Position numbers and translations under genes: made by a program. DNA of 19,074 nt from Candidatus Woesearchaeota archaeon (lineage in GTDB: Archaea > Nanobdellota > Nanobdellia > Pacearchaeales > GW2011-AR1), in contig CAZHCL010000015.1 in NCBI GenBank assembly GCA_964530955.1, forward strand, positions 1 to 19,074, given 5' to 3'. Positions 8,123 through 15,725 of the stretch are shown in pieces (positions within the stretch are counted from its first letter, which is position 1; every line of letters begins with the position of its first letter). The notes under the pieces were generated by a model. The model was given only the letters and a program-made list of their open reading frames with translations. It searched no databases and was not told the origin of the DNA.

Positions 8123-8800
8123 ATGGAAGCTCTTCAGGAACGCCCATTAAATAATTCTAGAGATTTAGCTTTTGCATTCTTAAACAATCCTATTTCAGGA
8201 GCATTTGATTTAGGTAAATTACAAAAATTCTTATCAGGTTATGCAAATAGTCAGAGAACTGATGAACACATCACTTATTTTACAAGCTTTGGAGAACCAA
8301 GACTTAAAACCTCAGTTAAATCAAGATATTACTCAAGAGAATCTGAAGATGGTCCTGGCTGGGATTGCAATGAACTATACAGAGCATCTGTTGACTATAG
8401 GGCAGAGGTCAAAATAGATTGGGCTTCAGATAGATGCGGTGATTGGGAATCAAATCAAGGACCTAGCACAATAGGCAAATTAGAAGTAAGAAGTAGGCTA
8501 AAAGAATGGCGCCACGCTGACAAAGTAAATGAATCAATTACACTTCAAATAGATAATAGGTTGGGAAAATTGCCTACCTGCAGAGTAGTTTTAAAAGTTT
8601 ATTACTCCAATGGCATTGAAAGCGAAAACAACGGAGATACATTTAGATTGACAAGAAATGACTATCTCCTTGTACCGGGAGCAGGTTTCCCTTTCCTATT
8701 CTTTAGAAATGCAAGATGGGGTAAATCTCCCGAAATAACTGAAATACCTACTGAAAGTTTTCTGAGAGATTGGGCAGTTGAAAGATACAATAGAAGATAA
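8123..8800 (+). CDS. Hypothetical protein (225 aa)
   Basis: Long ORF with TTTATATA at 8094, 29 nt upstream. No recognisable family. Confidence 0.8.
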   Translation: MEALQERPLNNSRDLAFAFLNNPISGAFDLGKLQKFLSGYANSQRTDEHITYFTSFGEPRLKTSVKSRYYSRESEDGPGWDCNELYRASVDYRAEVKIDWASDRCGDWESNQGPSTIGKLEVRSRLKEWRHADKVNESITLQIDNRLGKLPTCRVVLKVYYSNGIESENNGDTFRLTRNDYLLVPGAGFPFLFFRNARWGKSPEITEIPTESFLRDWAVERYNRR

Positions 8801-8839
8801 TAGAGGAATTTTTAAATAGCCTTTTTGTTTAATTCAGGA

Positions 8840-11800
8840 ATGGTTTATGTGAAAAAGATGGTGATGACTGGGTTCAAGTCATTTGCCAGACGCACAGAAA
8901 TTCTTTTTGACAAAGGAGTTAATGTCATACTTGGACCTAACGGAAGCGGAAAAAGCAATGTTGCAGATGCAATTTGCTTTGTTCTTGGAAGGCTCTCTAT
9001 CAAGTCAATGAGGGCTGCAAAAGCAAAAAATCTTCTATTTCTAGGCTCAAAATACATAAAACCAGGCAAAGAAGCATCGGTAGAGATAGTTTTTGACAAT
9101 TCTCAAAAAACATTTGCCATAGACAAGGATGAAATAAGCCTTATAAGAATAGTAAGACGCAATGGTCAAAGTATTTACAAAATAAATGGAGATACAAAAA
9201 CAAGAGCAGATGTAATAGAAATGCTTGCTCATGCAGGAATTGACCCTTACGGATTTAATATTATCCTTCAGGGCCAGATTCAACATATAGTAAGAATGCA
9301 TCCTGATGAAAGAAGAAAAATAGTTGAAGAAGTCGCAGGAATATCTATTTATGAATCAAAGAAAGAAAAATCTCTACATGAACTCGAAAAAACAGAAGAA
9401 AAACTAAAAGAAATTTCTGCAATTCTGAGAGAAAGAACAATTTATCTTAAAAATTTAGAAAAAGAAAGAGCACAGGCATTGAAATTCAAAGAATTAGAAA
9501 CAATGCAGAAAAGGCTGAAAGCTTCCATTCTGACAAGAAAAATAGAGGATAAAACAAAGGAAGTTCAAAGCATAGTAAAATCAATAGATGAAAAATCTTC
9601 CCAAAAGGATAAGATAAGACAGGAAGCACAAAAACTCCAAGAAGAAATAGAGCAATTACAGGAAAAGATAAATCAGATTAATAAAAGCATACAGCAGGCA
9701 ACAGGAGTTGAGCAAGATTCTCTAAACAACCAGATAGCCAACACCAAGGCAGAAATAGAAGGCCTTAAAGTAAGAAAAGAAAATTATGAAAACAAAAAGC
9801 AAGAAGTTGAAAGAAGAATTGAAGAAATGAAGAATTCAATTCCTTCTCTTGAACAGGAAATAACCGAATTAAGAAAAGAATCTCCTCTTGTAGCCAGAAA
9901 AGCCCAGGAATTAAAGAAAAAGAAAGATGACCTAGCAAAGATAGAGGAAGAAAGGAACAAGCTTTTCAATTTAAGAACAGAAATGTTCTCTCTGAAAGAA
10001 ATATCTAAAGACAAAGAAAGACAGCTGGCGAAAGCAAATTCAGATTCTGACTCCCTTCTTAAACAAATTGAAGATATATCAGTCAATTTAAAAGAAAAAA
10101 ATGAAGAAGAATGCTCCAAATCGCTTTCTTCATTAAAAAACTCCCTGAATGAAAAGGAAAAATCTCTTGACTCTCTCCATCAGGAAGAAATAAAGAATGC
10201 TAAAATAATTTCTGTAGCTGAATCAGAAATAGAAAGGGCTGAAAAAATAAAGGGACAAGTTGAAAAGATTGATGTCTGCCCATTATGCCAGAGCAAAATA
10301 ACTCCAGAGCATATACATCATGTTTTTCTCCATTCAGATCAAAAAATATCTGAATTTAAATCACAACTCACTAATTCAACTGAAGAAACCAGTAAAATAA
10401 AGAATGAAAGAACTACAATCTATCAACAAATAAAGGAAATTAAAGAAAAAACAGCACAATTAGAATCAGAATTAGTTAAGCAGAGAACTCTGAGGGAAAG
10501 AAAAGAACAGCTGAAGAGGCTTGTTGAATCTGAAAGGTTGATAAGAGAAGAGATTGTTAAGATAGAAGATAGAAGAAAAGTCCTTGAAGTAAGAATAGTA
10601 GACCTTCCAAAGATACAGGAAAAATATGACTCAATAGTCCTTGAAATAGAAGAAATATCCTCGAGAACAAAAGAAGATACTGACACTTCACTTCTTTACA
10701 AAGAAAGAGAAATTGAAAATATAAGAAATATTATCAAGCACAGTTCAAGAGACCTTGAGGAAGTTAGGGTAGAAATAACAAACATAACCTCAAATCTAGA
10801 AAGGAAACATTCCTTCCTTGAACAAAAAGAGAAGCAGGAAGAAGAACTTAATCAAAAATTCAAAAAAATGTTTGAATCAAGAGATGAAATGCAGCTCTCA
10901 ATACAGGATAAAAACATCGAGCTTACAGAAATACAAAGCAATGTAAGGCAAATTGAAGAACAAATAAATTATCTCAAGATAGGAAAAGCAAAGATTGATG
11001 CAGAAAAAGAATCAGTTGAAATGGAAATGCATGATTTCCCAGGCTTAGAGATAATAAAGGCAACAATTGAAAATCTTGAAGAGAGACTGAAAAAATCTCA
11101 GGAATCTCTCTACCAAATAGGCTCAATAAACATGAGGGCGCTTGAAGTTTATGATGAAATAAAGAAAGAATATGATGCAGTTCAGGAAAAAGTCTTAACT
11201 CTTGAAAAAGAAAAAGATGAAATAATGAAAATAATAGAGGAAATAGACAAAAAGAAGCTCAAGTCTTTCATGAAAACATTCAGGGCAATGAATTCCTTGT
11301 TTACAGAAAACTTCTCAAAACTTTATACAAAAGGAGTCGCCTATCTTGAGATTGAAAACGAAGAAGATGTTTTTGCAGGAGGAATAAATATAGTTGTAAG
11401 ACTTGCAAAAGGAAAATACTTCGATGTAACTTCTCTTTCTGGAGGAGAGCAAACATTGGTCGCACTTTCTCTTCTATTTGCAATACAAGAGTATAGACCT
11501 TATCCATTTTACATATTTGATGAAATTGACGCAGCGTTAGACAAAAGAAACTCAGAGAGACTTGCAGCCCTTCTAAGCCAATACATAAAATCAGGTCAAT
11601 ATATAGTAATAACACACAATGACTCAATAATAATGAGTTCAAACATCCTTTACGGAGTAAGCATGCATGAGGGAGTTTCCAAAGTCCTCAGCCTTAAGAT
11701 AAATAACGAGCCAGTCAAGCACACTGATGAAGAACTAAAGGAAGAAAATCCAATTCCAGAAGATAAAGCTGAAGATGCAAATGAAATAAAGGAATTAGAG

Positions 11801-11857
11801 GAAGAAATCGCAGAAAAAGACGCACAAAATATAGATAATGAAGAAACTGAAGGTTAA
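8840..11857 (+). CDS. smc: SMC-family ATPase with condensin-type heads, no hinge and a central CxxC zinc hook
   Basis: GFKSF, Walker A GPNGSGKSN, MRA..NLLF, Q-loop IILQGQI, INMRALEVY, signature LSGGE and Walker B/D-loop PFYIFDEIDAALD. Central CPLC. Start at ATG 8840 (TTTAAATA at 8811, 29 nt upstream; track start 8825). Confidence 0.93.
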   Translation: MVYVKKMVMTGFKSFARRTEILFDKGVNVILGPNGSGKSNVADAICFVLGRLSIKSMRAAKAKNLLFLGSKYIKPGKEASVEIVFDNSQKTFAIDKDEISLIRIVRRNGQSIYKINGDTKTRADVIEMLAHAGIDPYGFNIILQGQIQHIVRMHPDERRKIVEEVAGISIYESKKEKSLHELEKTEEKLKEISAILRERTIYLKNLEKERAQALKFKELETMQKRLKASILTRKIEDKTKEVQSIVKSIDEKSSQKDKIRQEAQKLQEEIEQLQEKINQINKSIQQATGVEQDSLNNQIANTKAEIEGLKVRKENYENKKQEVERRIEEMKNSIPSLEQEITELRKESPLVARKAQELKKKKDDLAKIEEERNKLFNLRTEMFSLKEISKDKERQLAKANSDSDSLLKQIEDISVNLKEKNEEECSKSLSSLKNSLNEKEKSLDSLHQEEIKNAKIISVAESEIERAEKIKGQVEKIDVCPLCQSKITPEHIHHVFLHSDQKISEFKSQLTNSTEETSKIKNERTTIYQQIKEIKEKTAQLESELVKQRTLRERKEQLKRLVESERLIREEIVKIEDRRKVLEVRIVDLPKIQEKYDSIVLEIEEISSRTKEDTDTSLLYKEREIENIRNIIKHSSRDLEEVRVEITNITSNLERKHSFLEQKEKQEEELNQKFKKMFESRDEMQLSIQDKNIELTEIQSNVRQIEEQINYLKIGKAKIDAEKESVEMEMHDFPGLEIIKATIENLEERLKKSQESLYQIGSINMRALEVYDEIKKEYDAVQEKVLTLEKEKDEIMKIIEEIDKKKLKSFMKTFRAMNSLFTENFSKLYTKGVAYLEIENEEDVFAGGINIVVRLAKGKYFDVTSLSGGEQTLVALSLLFAIQEYRPYPFYIFDEIDAALDKRNSERLAALLSQYIKSGQYIVITHNDSIIMSSNILYGVSMHEGVSKVLSLKINNEPVKHTDEELKEENPIPEDKAEDANEIKELEEEIAEKDAQNIDNEETEG

Positions 11858-12126
11858 TCTTCTTCCTGCACTTTTCTGGAATAGCTAATAATTGACTTGA
11901 ACATCTTCTTAATATTCTCAATATCTTTAATTCCCTGTTCCTTTGCCTTATTAGAAACCTTAAGCAATAACTCTTTTTCCCTTTTCATATCTCTAACAGG
12001 AAGAAATCTTTTTTTCTTGTATTTTCCTATTTTCTTTGCCACAATAAGCCTCTCCCTAAGCAAAGAAATCAGCTTAGTATCCAGCTTGTCAATCTCTTTC
12101 CTTAGTTTATTTATGTCTTCTTCCAT
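11854..12126 (-). CDS. Monofunctional chorismate mutase (AroQ/type II)
   Basis: LRKEIDKLD..L..LL.ER...A.KIG.YK, P.RD..RE and terminal S...Q match AroQ active-site positions. Its stop overlaps the smc stop by 4 nt (convergent). Confidence 0.88.
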   Translation of the reverse strand: MEEDINKLRKEIDKLDTKLISLLRERLIVAKKIGKYKKKRFLPVRDMKREKELLLKVSNKAKEQGIKDIENIKKMFKSIISYSRKVQEED

Positions 12127-12828
12127 CTAATATTCTCCAAGAGTCTTTTGAGTTTTTCCTTCAGGGAAAAGTATCTTCCAAGTTGCCCATGTTTTTCTGA
12201 ATAACCCAGAATCAGCAAGTTTTTTTCCATTCTTTCTGAGAAATTCTTTAGTCGCAGGATCAGAAGGATAACCGCTCCCTAAATCTCCATGTTCTCTAAA
12301 GGCATCTTTAAGCTTAGAAACTTCCTCTTCCCTTCTAACCTTTGCAAGAATAGAAGCAGCAGAAGCAGAAACATGATTGACATCCGCTTTATGCTCGCAA
12401 CGAACATCAAGATGCTCTTTGTTCTTCACATGCTCAAGCAAAGTGTTCCTCCAAGATTTAGTGTTTACAGAAGGACAGTCTACAATAACTTTAATCTTTT
12501 CCTTCATTCCCTCAGTAATAGTATTTATTATTTCAGCAGTCTTAATAGCCTCAAGAGTATTCAAATTTACTCCACCAGTAATTGAATTATCTATCTGCTC
12601 AGGAGTAGACATAACAACATGAGAATCGACAGCAGTATTTCTTATAACCTCCGCAAGCTTTACTCTAACAGGATGAGAGAGTTGCTTTGAATCATTAACT
12701 CCCTGTTTCTTGAGAAATTCCTCATCCTCTTTTCTAAGTAAGACGCCTGCGAGAATCATCGGGCCAATCAGAGGTCCTCTACCTGCATCATCTATTCCCA
12801 AAATCAGCTCAGAAGATTTATGTTCCAT
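12127..12828 (-). CDS. rnhB: Ribonuclease HII
   Basis: GIDDAGRGPLIGP, DSKQL, VDCP, EHKAD, SAASILAKV.R, GSGYPSDP and C-terminal PIP-box-like QKTLGEY. Confidence 0.96.
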   Translation of the reverse strand: MEHKSSELILGIDDAGRGPLIGPMILAGVLLRKEDEEFLKKQGVNDSKQLSHPVRVKLAEVIRNTAVDSHVVMSTPEQIDNSITGGVNLNTLEAIKTAEIINTITEGMKEKIKVIVDCPSVNTKSWRNTLLEHVKNKEHLDVRCEHKADVNHVSASAASILAKVRREEEVSKLKDAFREHGDLGSGYPSDPATKEFLRKNGKKLADSGLFRKTWATWKILFPEGKTQKTLGEY

Positions 12829-12867
12829 TTCAGTAAACAGATATTTCAGGTTTAAAATTGTTTGCAG

Positions 12868-13173
12868 CTAGAACCTAAAAAGCACCTTATCAAAATCCCC
12901 GACATTTCCATTAATTACTTTGACTCCTTCACTTTCAAGAAGCGCAATTTTCTTTTTCGTGCCAAAAGCAAATCCCCCAAGCTTTCCGTCTGAAGAAACA
13001 ACCCTATGACAGGGAACTTCAGGAGCGTAGGGATTCTTATTCATCGCATTTCCAACGGCACGATATGCCTTACTTCCAAGAGCAATCGCAATTTCCTTAT
13101 AAGTTGTAACCTTTCCCTTAGGAACCTTTCTAAGTATAGAATAACATTTTTCCGAAAAACTTTTATCTTTCAT
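12868..13173 (-). CDS. ogt: O6-methylguanine-DNA methyltransferase, single-domain
   Basis: VPKGKVTTY..IA, RAVG.AM..NP and active-site VPCHRVV with the Cys intact, followed by LGGF and LL..EG. Confidence 0.93.
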   Translation of the reverse strand: MKDKSFSEKCYSILRKVPKGKVTTYKEIAIALGSKAYRAVGNAMNKNPYAPEVPCHRVVSSDGKLGGFAFGTKKKIALLESEGVKVINGNVGDFDKVLFRF

Positions 13174-13174
13174 T

Positions 13175-14056
13175 TTATCTTAAATAGGTAACATAACCAA
13201 GCAATATTGCAGAAATCAAAGCAAGCACCATCCCCACTTTCTGATGAACTCTGATAAATTCCTTGTTTATGTACATTCCAATAAGGACTGCTATTATTAT
13301 ATAGCTTTCTGAAAGAGCGACTGTAATCCCTATAGGCGCAAGAGTCATGGCAAAAGCAAAACCTACCCAAGCAGCATTATCGAAAAGACACATTCCAAGC
13401 ACAATCTTCTTTTGCTTCCTGACATCCCTGAACAATTTACGAGTAGATTTATGATATATTAAATAAAATAAGCAAATTACTGCCATAAATATATTCAAGA
13501 ACCAGTTCATCATCAATCCACCTGAATCACGAGAACCTACTCCTATCAGGAAATTAGCAGAACCCATTACAATTGCAGATAAAATTGCAAGAAAAACTCC
13601 TTTTTCAAGCCATAACTTCTTTTCAAGATGATAACTTCTTAAAGAAACTAAAACAAGCCCAATTATTAAAGAGGCTACAAGAACTCCCTGCAATAGATTT
13701 ATAGTCTCCCTAAGGACGAGAAAAGCAAGCGTTGATGAAACTATTATCTCCAAAGACCAAATCGGCTCAACAACAGACAACTTTCCCTTTTTCAGTGCCT
13801 CAAAATCAAGCAACGCAGCAAAAAATAGTATCAAGGAAGCAAAAAATAGCACCAAAAATTCTTTATTATTAAAAGAAAAGAGAGAAGGAATATCTTTTAT
13901 AACAAAAGGTAGTAAAACAACTGCTCCAAAACCTGTTACAATGAATAAAGTCTCCCAATCTCCAAGCTTTCTGATAGATTTTTGCAGAAAGAAATCACCA
14001 AAACCCCAACCTATAATCGCTACCAGGGTAAATATTATCGCTAATGGAAATGCCAT
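13175..14056 (-). CDS. EamA/DMT family transporter (about 10 TM helices)
   Basis: Two EamA-like repeats. The true start is probably MAFPLAII at 14056, since the track's upstream extension runs through the tRNA. TTTAAAAA lies 28 nt upstream. Confidence 0.9.
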   Translation of the reverse strand: MAFPLAIIFTLVAIIGWGFGDFFLQKSIRKLGDWETLFIVTGFGAVVLLPFVIKDIPSLFSFNNKEFLVLFFASLILFFAALLDFEALKKGKLSVVEPIWSLEIIVSSTLAFLVLRETINLLQGVLVASLIIGLVLVSLRSYHLEKKLWLEKGVFLAILSAIVMGSANFLIGVGSRDSGGLMMNWFLNIFMAVICLFYLIYHKSTRKLFRDVRKQKKIVLGMCLFDNAAWVGFAFAMTLAPIGITVALSESYIIIAVLIGMYINKEFIRVHQKVGMVLALISAILLGYVTYLR

Positions 14057-14086
14057 TTTTTTTATTATTTTAATCTTTTTTAAAAC

Positions 14087-14161
14087 TAGCAGCGGGTGGA
14101 TTTGAACCACCGACCTCGAGGTTATGGGCCTCGCGAGCACTCCAGGCTGCTCTACGCTGCT
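14087..14161 (-). tRNA. tRNA-Met(CAU), initiator type; CCA not encoded
   Basis: AGCAGCGTAGAGCAGCCTGGAGTGCTCGCGAGGCCCATAACCTCGAGGTCGGTGGTTCAAATCCACCCGCTGCTA folds into a full cloverleaf with A1-U72, A11-U24, T-loop TTCAAAT and anticodon CAT. Confidence 0.95.
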
Positions 14162-14184
14162 ATACACATAGAGCATGAAAAAGG

Positions 14185-14192
14185 CTTATAAA
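14185..14192. promoter_or_regulatory. Shared bidirectional TATA box for tRNA-Met and the phosphatidyltransferase
   Basis: CTTATAAA on + starts 29 nt before ATG 14214. The same bases read TTTATAAG on -, starting 31 nt before tRNA position 1. Confidence 0.6.
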
Positions 14193-14213
14193 CCTAACTA
14201 TCCTCGATATAAT

Positions 14214-14801
14214 ATGGCTAAGGCTAAAGCAGTAAAAAAGCCGCAGAAGGAAGAAAATATCTGGAACTTCCCAAACCTCATAACTTTTATGAGAATAATT
14301 CTTACTTTCCTAACTCTCTATTTAATATTCGGAAGGTATTCAATCATCTCAATAGTTATAACATTCACACTAGGAATGCTTACAGACTTCCTTGATGGTC
14401 AAATAGCAAGAAGATTTAAGCTGACAACTGAATTTGGGAGAAAATTTGATATGATCGCTGACCGTTTCCTTATGATCTCAACAGTAGTAGGACTTATTTT
14501 CTATTACACCTACCTCAATTTGCTTGACCACTGGCATATAATCCAGATATTTATGATAATGAGCAGGGAAATAATCACATTCCCATTTGCTTTAATACTT
14601 ATTTTATCAGGAAAAGAAATACCTCACGCGAAATTTATAGGAAAACTTACCACCTTCCTGCAAGGATTCGCATTCCCTTGTGTTATTCTGAGCATTTACT
14701 TCCATACATTCACATATATATCGCCAGTTATTGCAATAGCCACCCTCGTAGTAGGAATATTCTCAGCAGCCACTTTCGTTAAAGACTTAAGTAAGGAATA
14801 A
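14214..14801 (+). CDS. CDP-alcohol phosphatidyltransferase (PgsA-like)
   Basis: NFPNLITFMRI and D-x2-DG-x2-AR-x7-G-x3-D-x3-D (TDFLDGQIARRFKLTTEFGRKFDMIADR), with multiple TM helices. Start moved from 14175 to 14214 on promoter position. Confidence 0.92.
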   Translation: MAKAKAVKKPQKEENIWNFPNLITFMRIILTFLTLYLIFGRYSIISIVITFTLGMLTDFLDGQIARRFKLTTEFGRKFDMIADRFLMISTVVGLIFYYTYLNLLDHWHIIQIFMIMSREIITFPFALILILSGKEIPHAKFIGKLTTFLQGFAFPCVILSIYFHTFTYISPVIAIATLVVGIFSAATFVKDLSKE

Positions 14802-14810
14802 GAGTTATGT

Positions 14811-14849
14811 TGTAACTACATAGAAGTTACAAATCGAAAGGTTTAAAAA
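14811..14849 (+). promoter_or_regulatory. Promoter of the nucleotidyltransferase with upstream 7-7-7 inverted repeat
   Basis: TGTAACT acataga AGTTACA at 14811-14831; TTTAAAAA at 14842-14849, 29 nt before ATG 14871. Confidence 0.6.
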
Positions 14850-14870
14850 TAATAAAACATATGAAAAATT

Positions 14871-15695
14871 ATGAAAAAAGGAATTTATACACTGGCAGAT
14901 GAAGAGTTTCTGACACTTTTAGAGAGAGCTCACACAGTATTTACAAAGAGAAATTTACCTTATATGCTAGTAGGCGGAACTGCTGTTCAAGCACATATAT
15001 TAAACTATATTCATCAAAAAACTGGAGACACCATAAGACATCTCGTAGAATCTCCTAAATTTAGATTGCAGGATCATTTGAGAGCAACAGACGACATAGA
15101 CATAACACTAGATCCAAGAAAATTAGGGCTTGATACTGATGTAGGAAGAGTAATCATTGATTCATTGGATGAAATTGTCGGAGATGGCATATTCGTTTCA
15201 CCTTCTGAAAATCATCTGACTAAAGTAGTATTAGCAAGAAGTGGATTAAAAAGACCCGTATTCGGAATTAAATTAGACAGTGAAGAATTGGGTAACGAAA
15301 ATAATGTCTCATTTAATCTATATCAGGGCCCAAAAGATACAAATCAGAAATGGAAAGGTGGCATGAGAGAGTTTGAGGAAAACTTTTATTTTGATTTTAT
15401 GGAGAGACCGAGCACAGTAAAACTAAACTACTGTTCCGAAGGAAGGATAGTGGAATTAAAAATAAAAAGCGCAGAAGACCTTTTAGCAACCAAGATTGCA
15501 AGAAATAGACCAAAAGACTTTGCGGATGGTCTTTCATTATACAGGCATAGTCTAGAATCTGAGAAACCTATCGACATTGCTAGAGTAAGATATCTTCTTA
15601 GCAGTCCTGATAAGACTCTTGGAGTACCTAATCCTGAATTAGTAGAAAAATACGAATTGTTTGAAAGAGCTACTAAAACTATAGAGAAGGATTAA
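14871..15695 (+). CDS. Nucleotidyltransferase-superfamily protein (AbiEii/type IV toxin-like)
   Basis: LVGGTAV, RATDDIDI (DxD) and C-terminal EDLLATKIARNRPKDFAD, the motif set of pol-beta-fold AbiEii-like nucleotidyltransferases. Confidence 0.72.
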   Translation: MKKGIYTLADEEFLTLLERAHTVFTKRNLPYMLVGGTAVQAHILNYIHQKTGDTIRHLVESPKFRLQDHLRATDDIDITLDPRKLGLDTDVGRVIIDSLDEIVGDGIFVSPSENHLTKVVLARSGLKRPVFGIKLDSEELGNENNVSFNLYQGPKDTNQKWKGGMREFEENFYFDFMERPSTVKLNYCSEGRIVELKIKSAEDLLATKIARNRPKDFADGLSLYRHSLESEKPIDIARVRYLLSSPDKTLGVPNPELVEKYELFERATKTIEKD

Positions 15696-15725
15696 TTTTA
15701 ATAACCCTTTTTCTCTCAATAAGCC

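Noticed and set aside
7944-8147. 67-aa minus-strand ORF
   Set aside because: Its Lys/Asn run is just the complement of the oligo-T terminator, and it overlaps two real genes.
8840-11857. Calling the gene Rad50/SbcC because of the CxxC hook
   Set aside because: The head motifs are Smc-type (FDEIDAALD, INMRALEVY) and no mre11, herA or nurA is adjacent.
8845-11921. Several antisense or alternative-frame ORFs over smc (for example 9784-10119, 10423-10686, 11301-11642)
   Set aside because: Ser/Phe/Leu-rich shadows of Glu/Lys-rich coiled-coil codons with no family motifs.
12868-13173. Alkyltransferase-like (ATL) damage sensor
   Set aside because: The active site is PCHR with Cys, not the PWHR typical of ATL proteins.
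14057-14176. N-terminal extension of the EamA ORF as a tRNA-overlapping coding region
   Set aside because: It is a translation of the tRNA gene; a better start with its own TATA box exists at 14056.
14087-15695. tRNA-anchored integrated element carrying the nucleotidyltransferase
   Set aside because: No integrase and no duplicated tRNA 3' end were seen, and the flanking genes are housekeeping.
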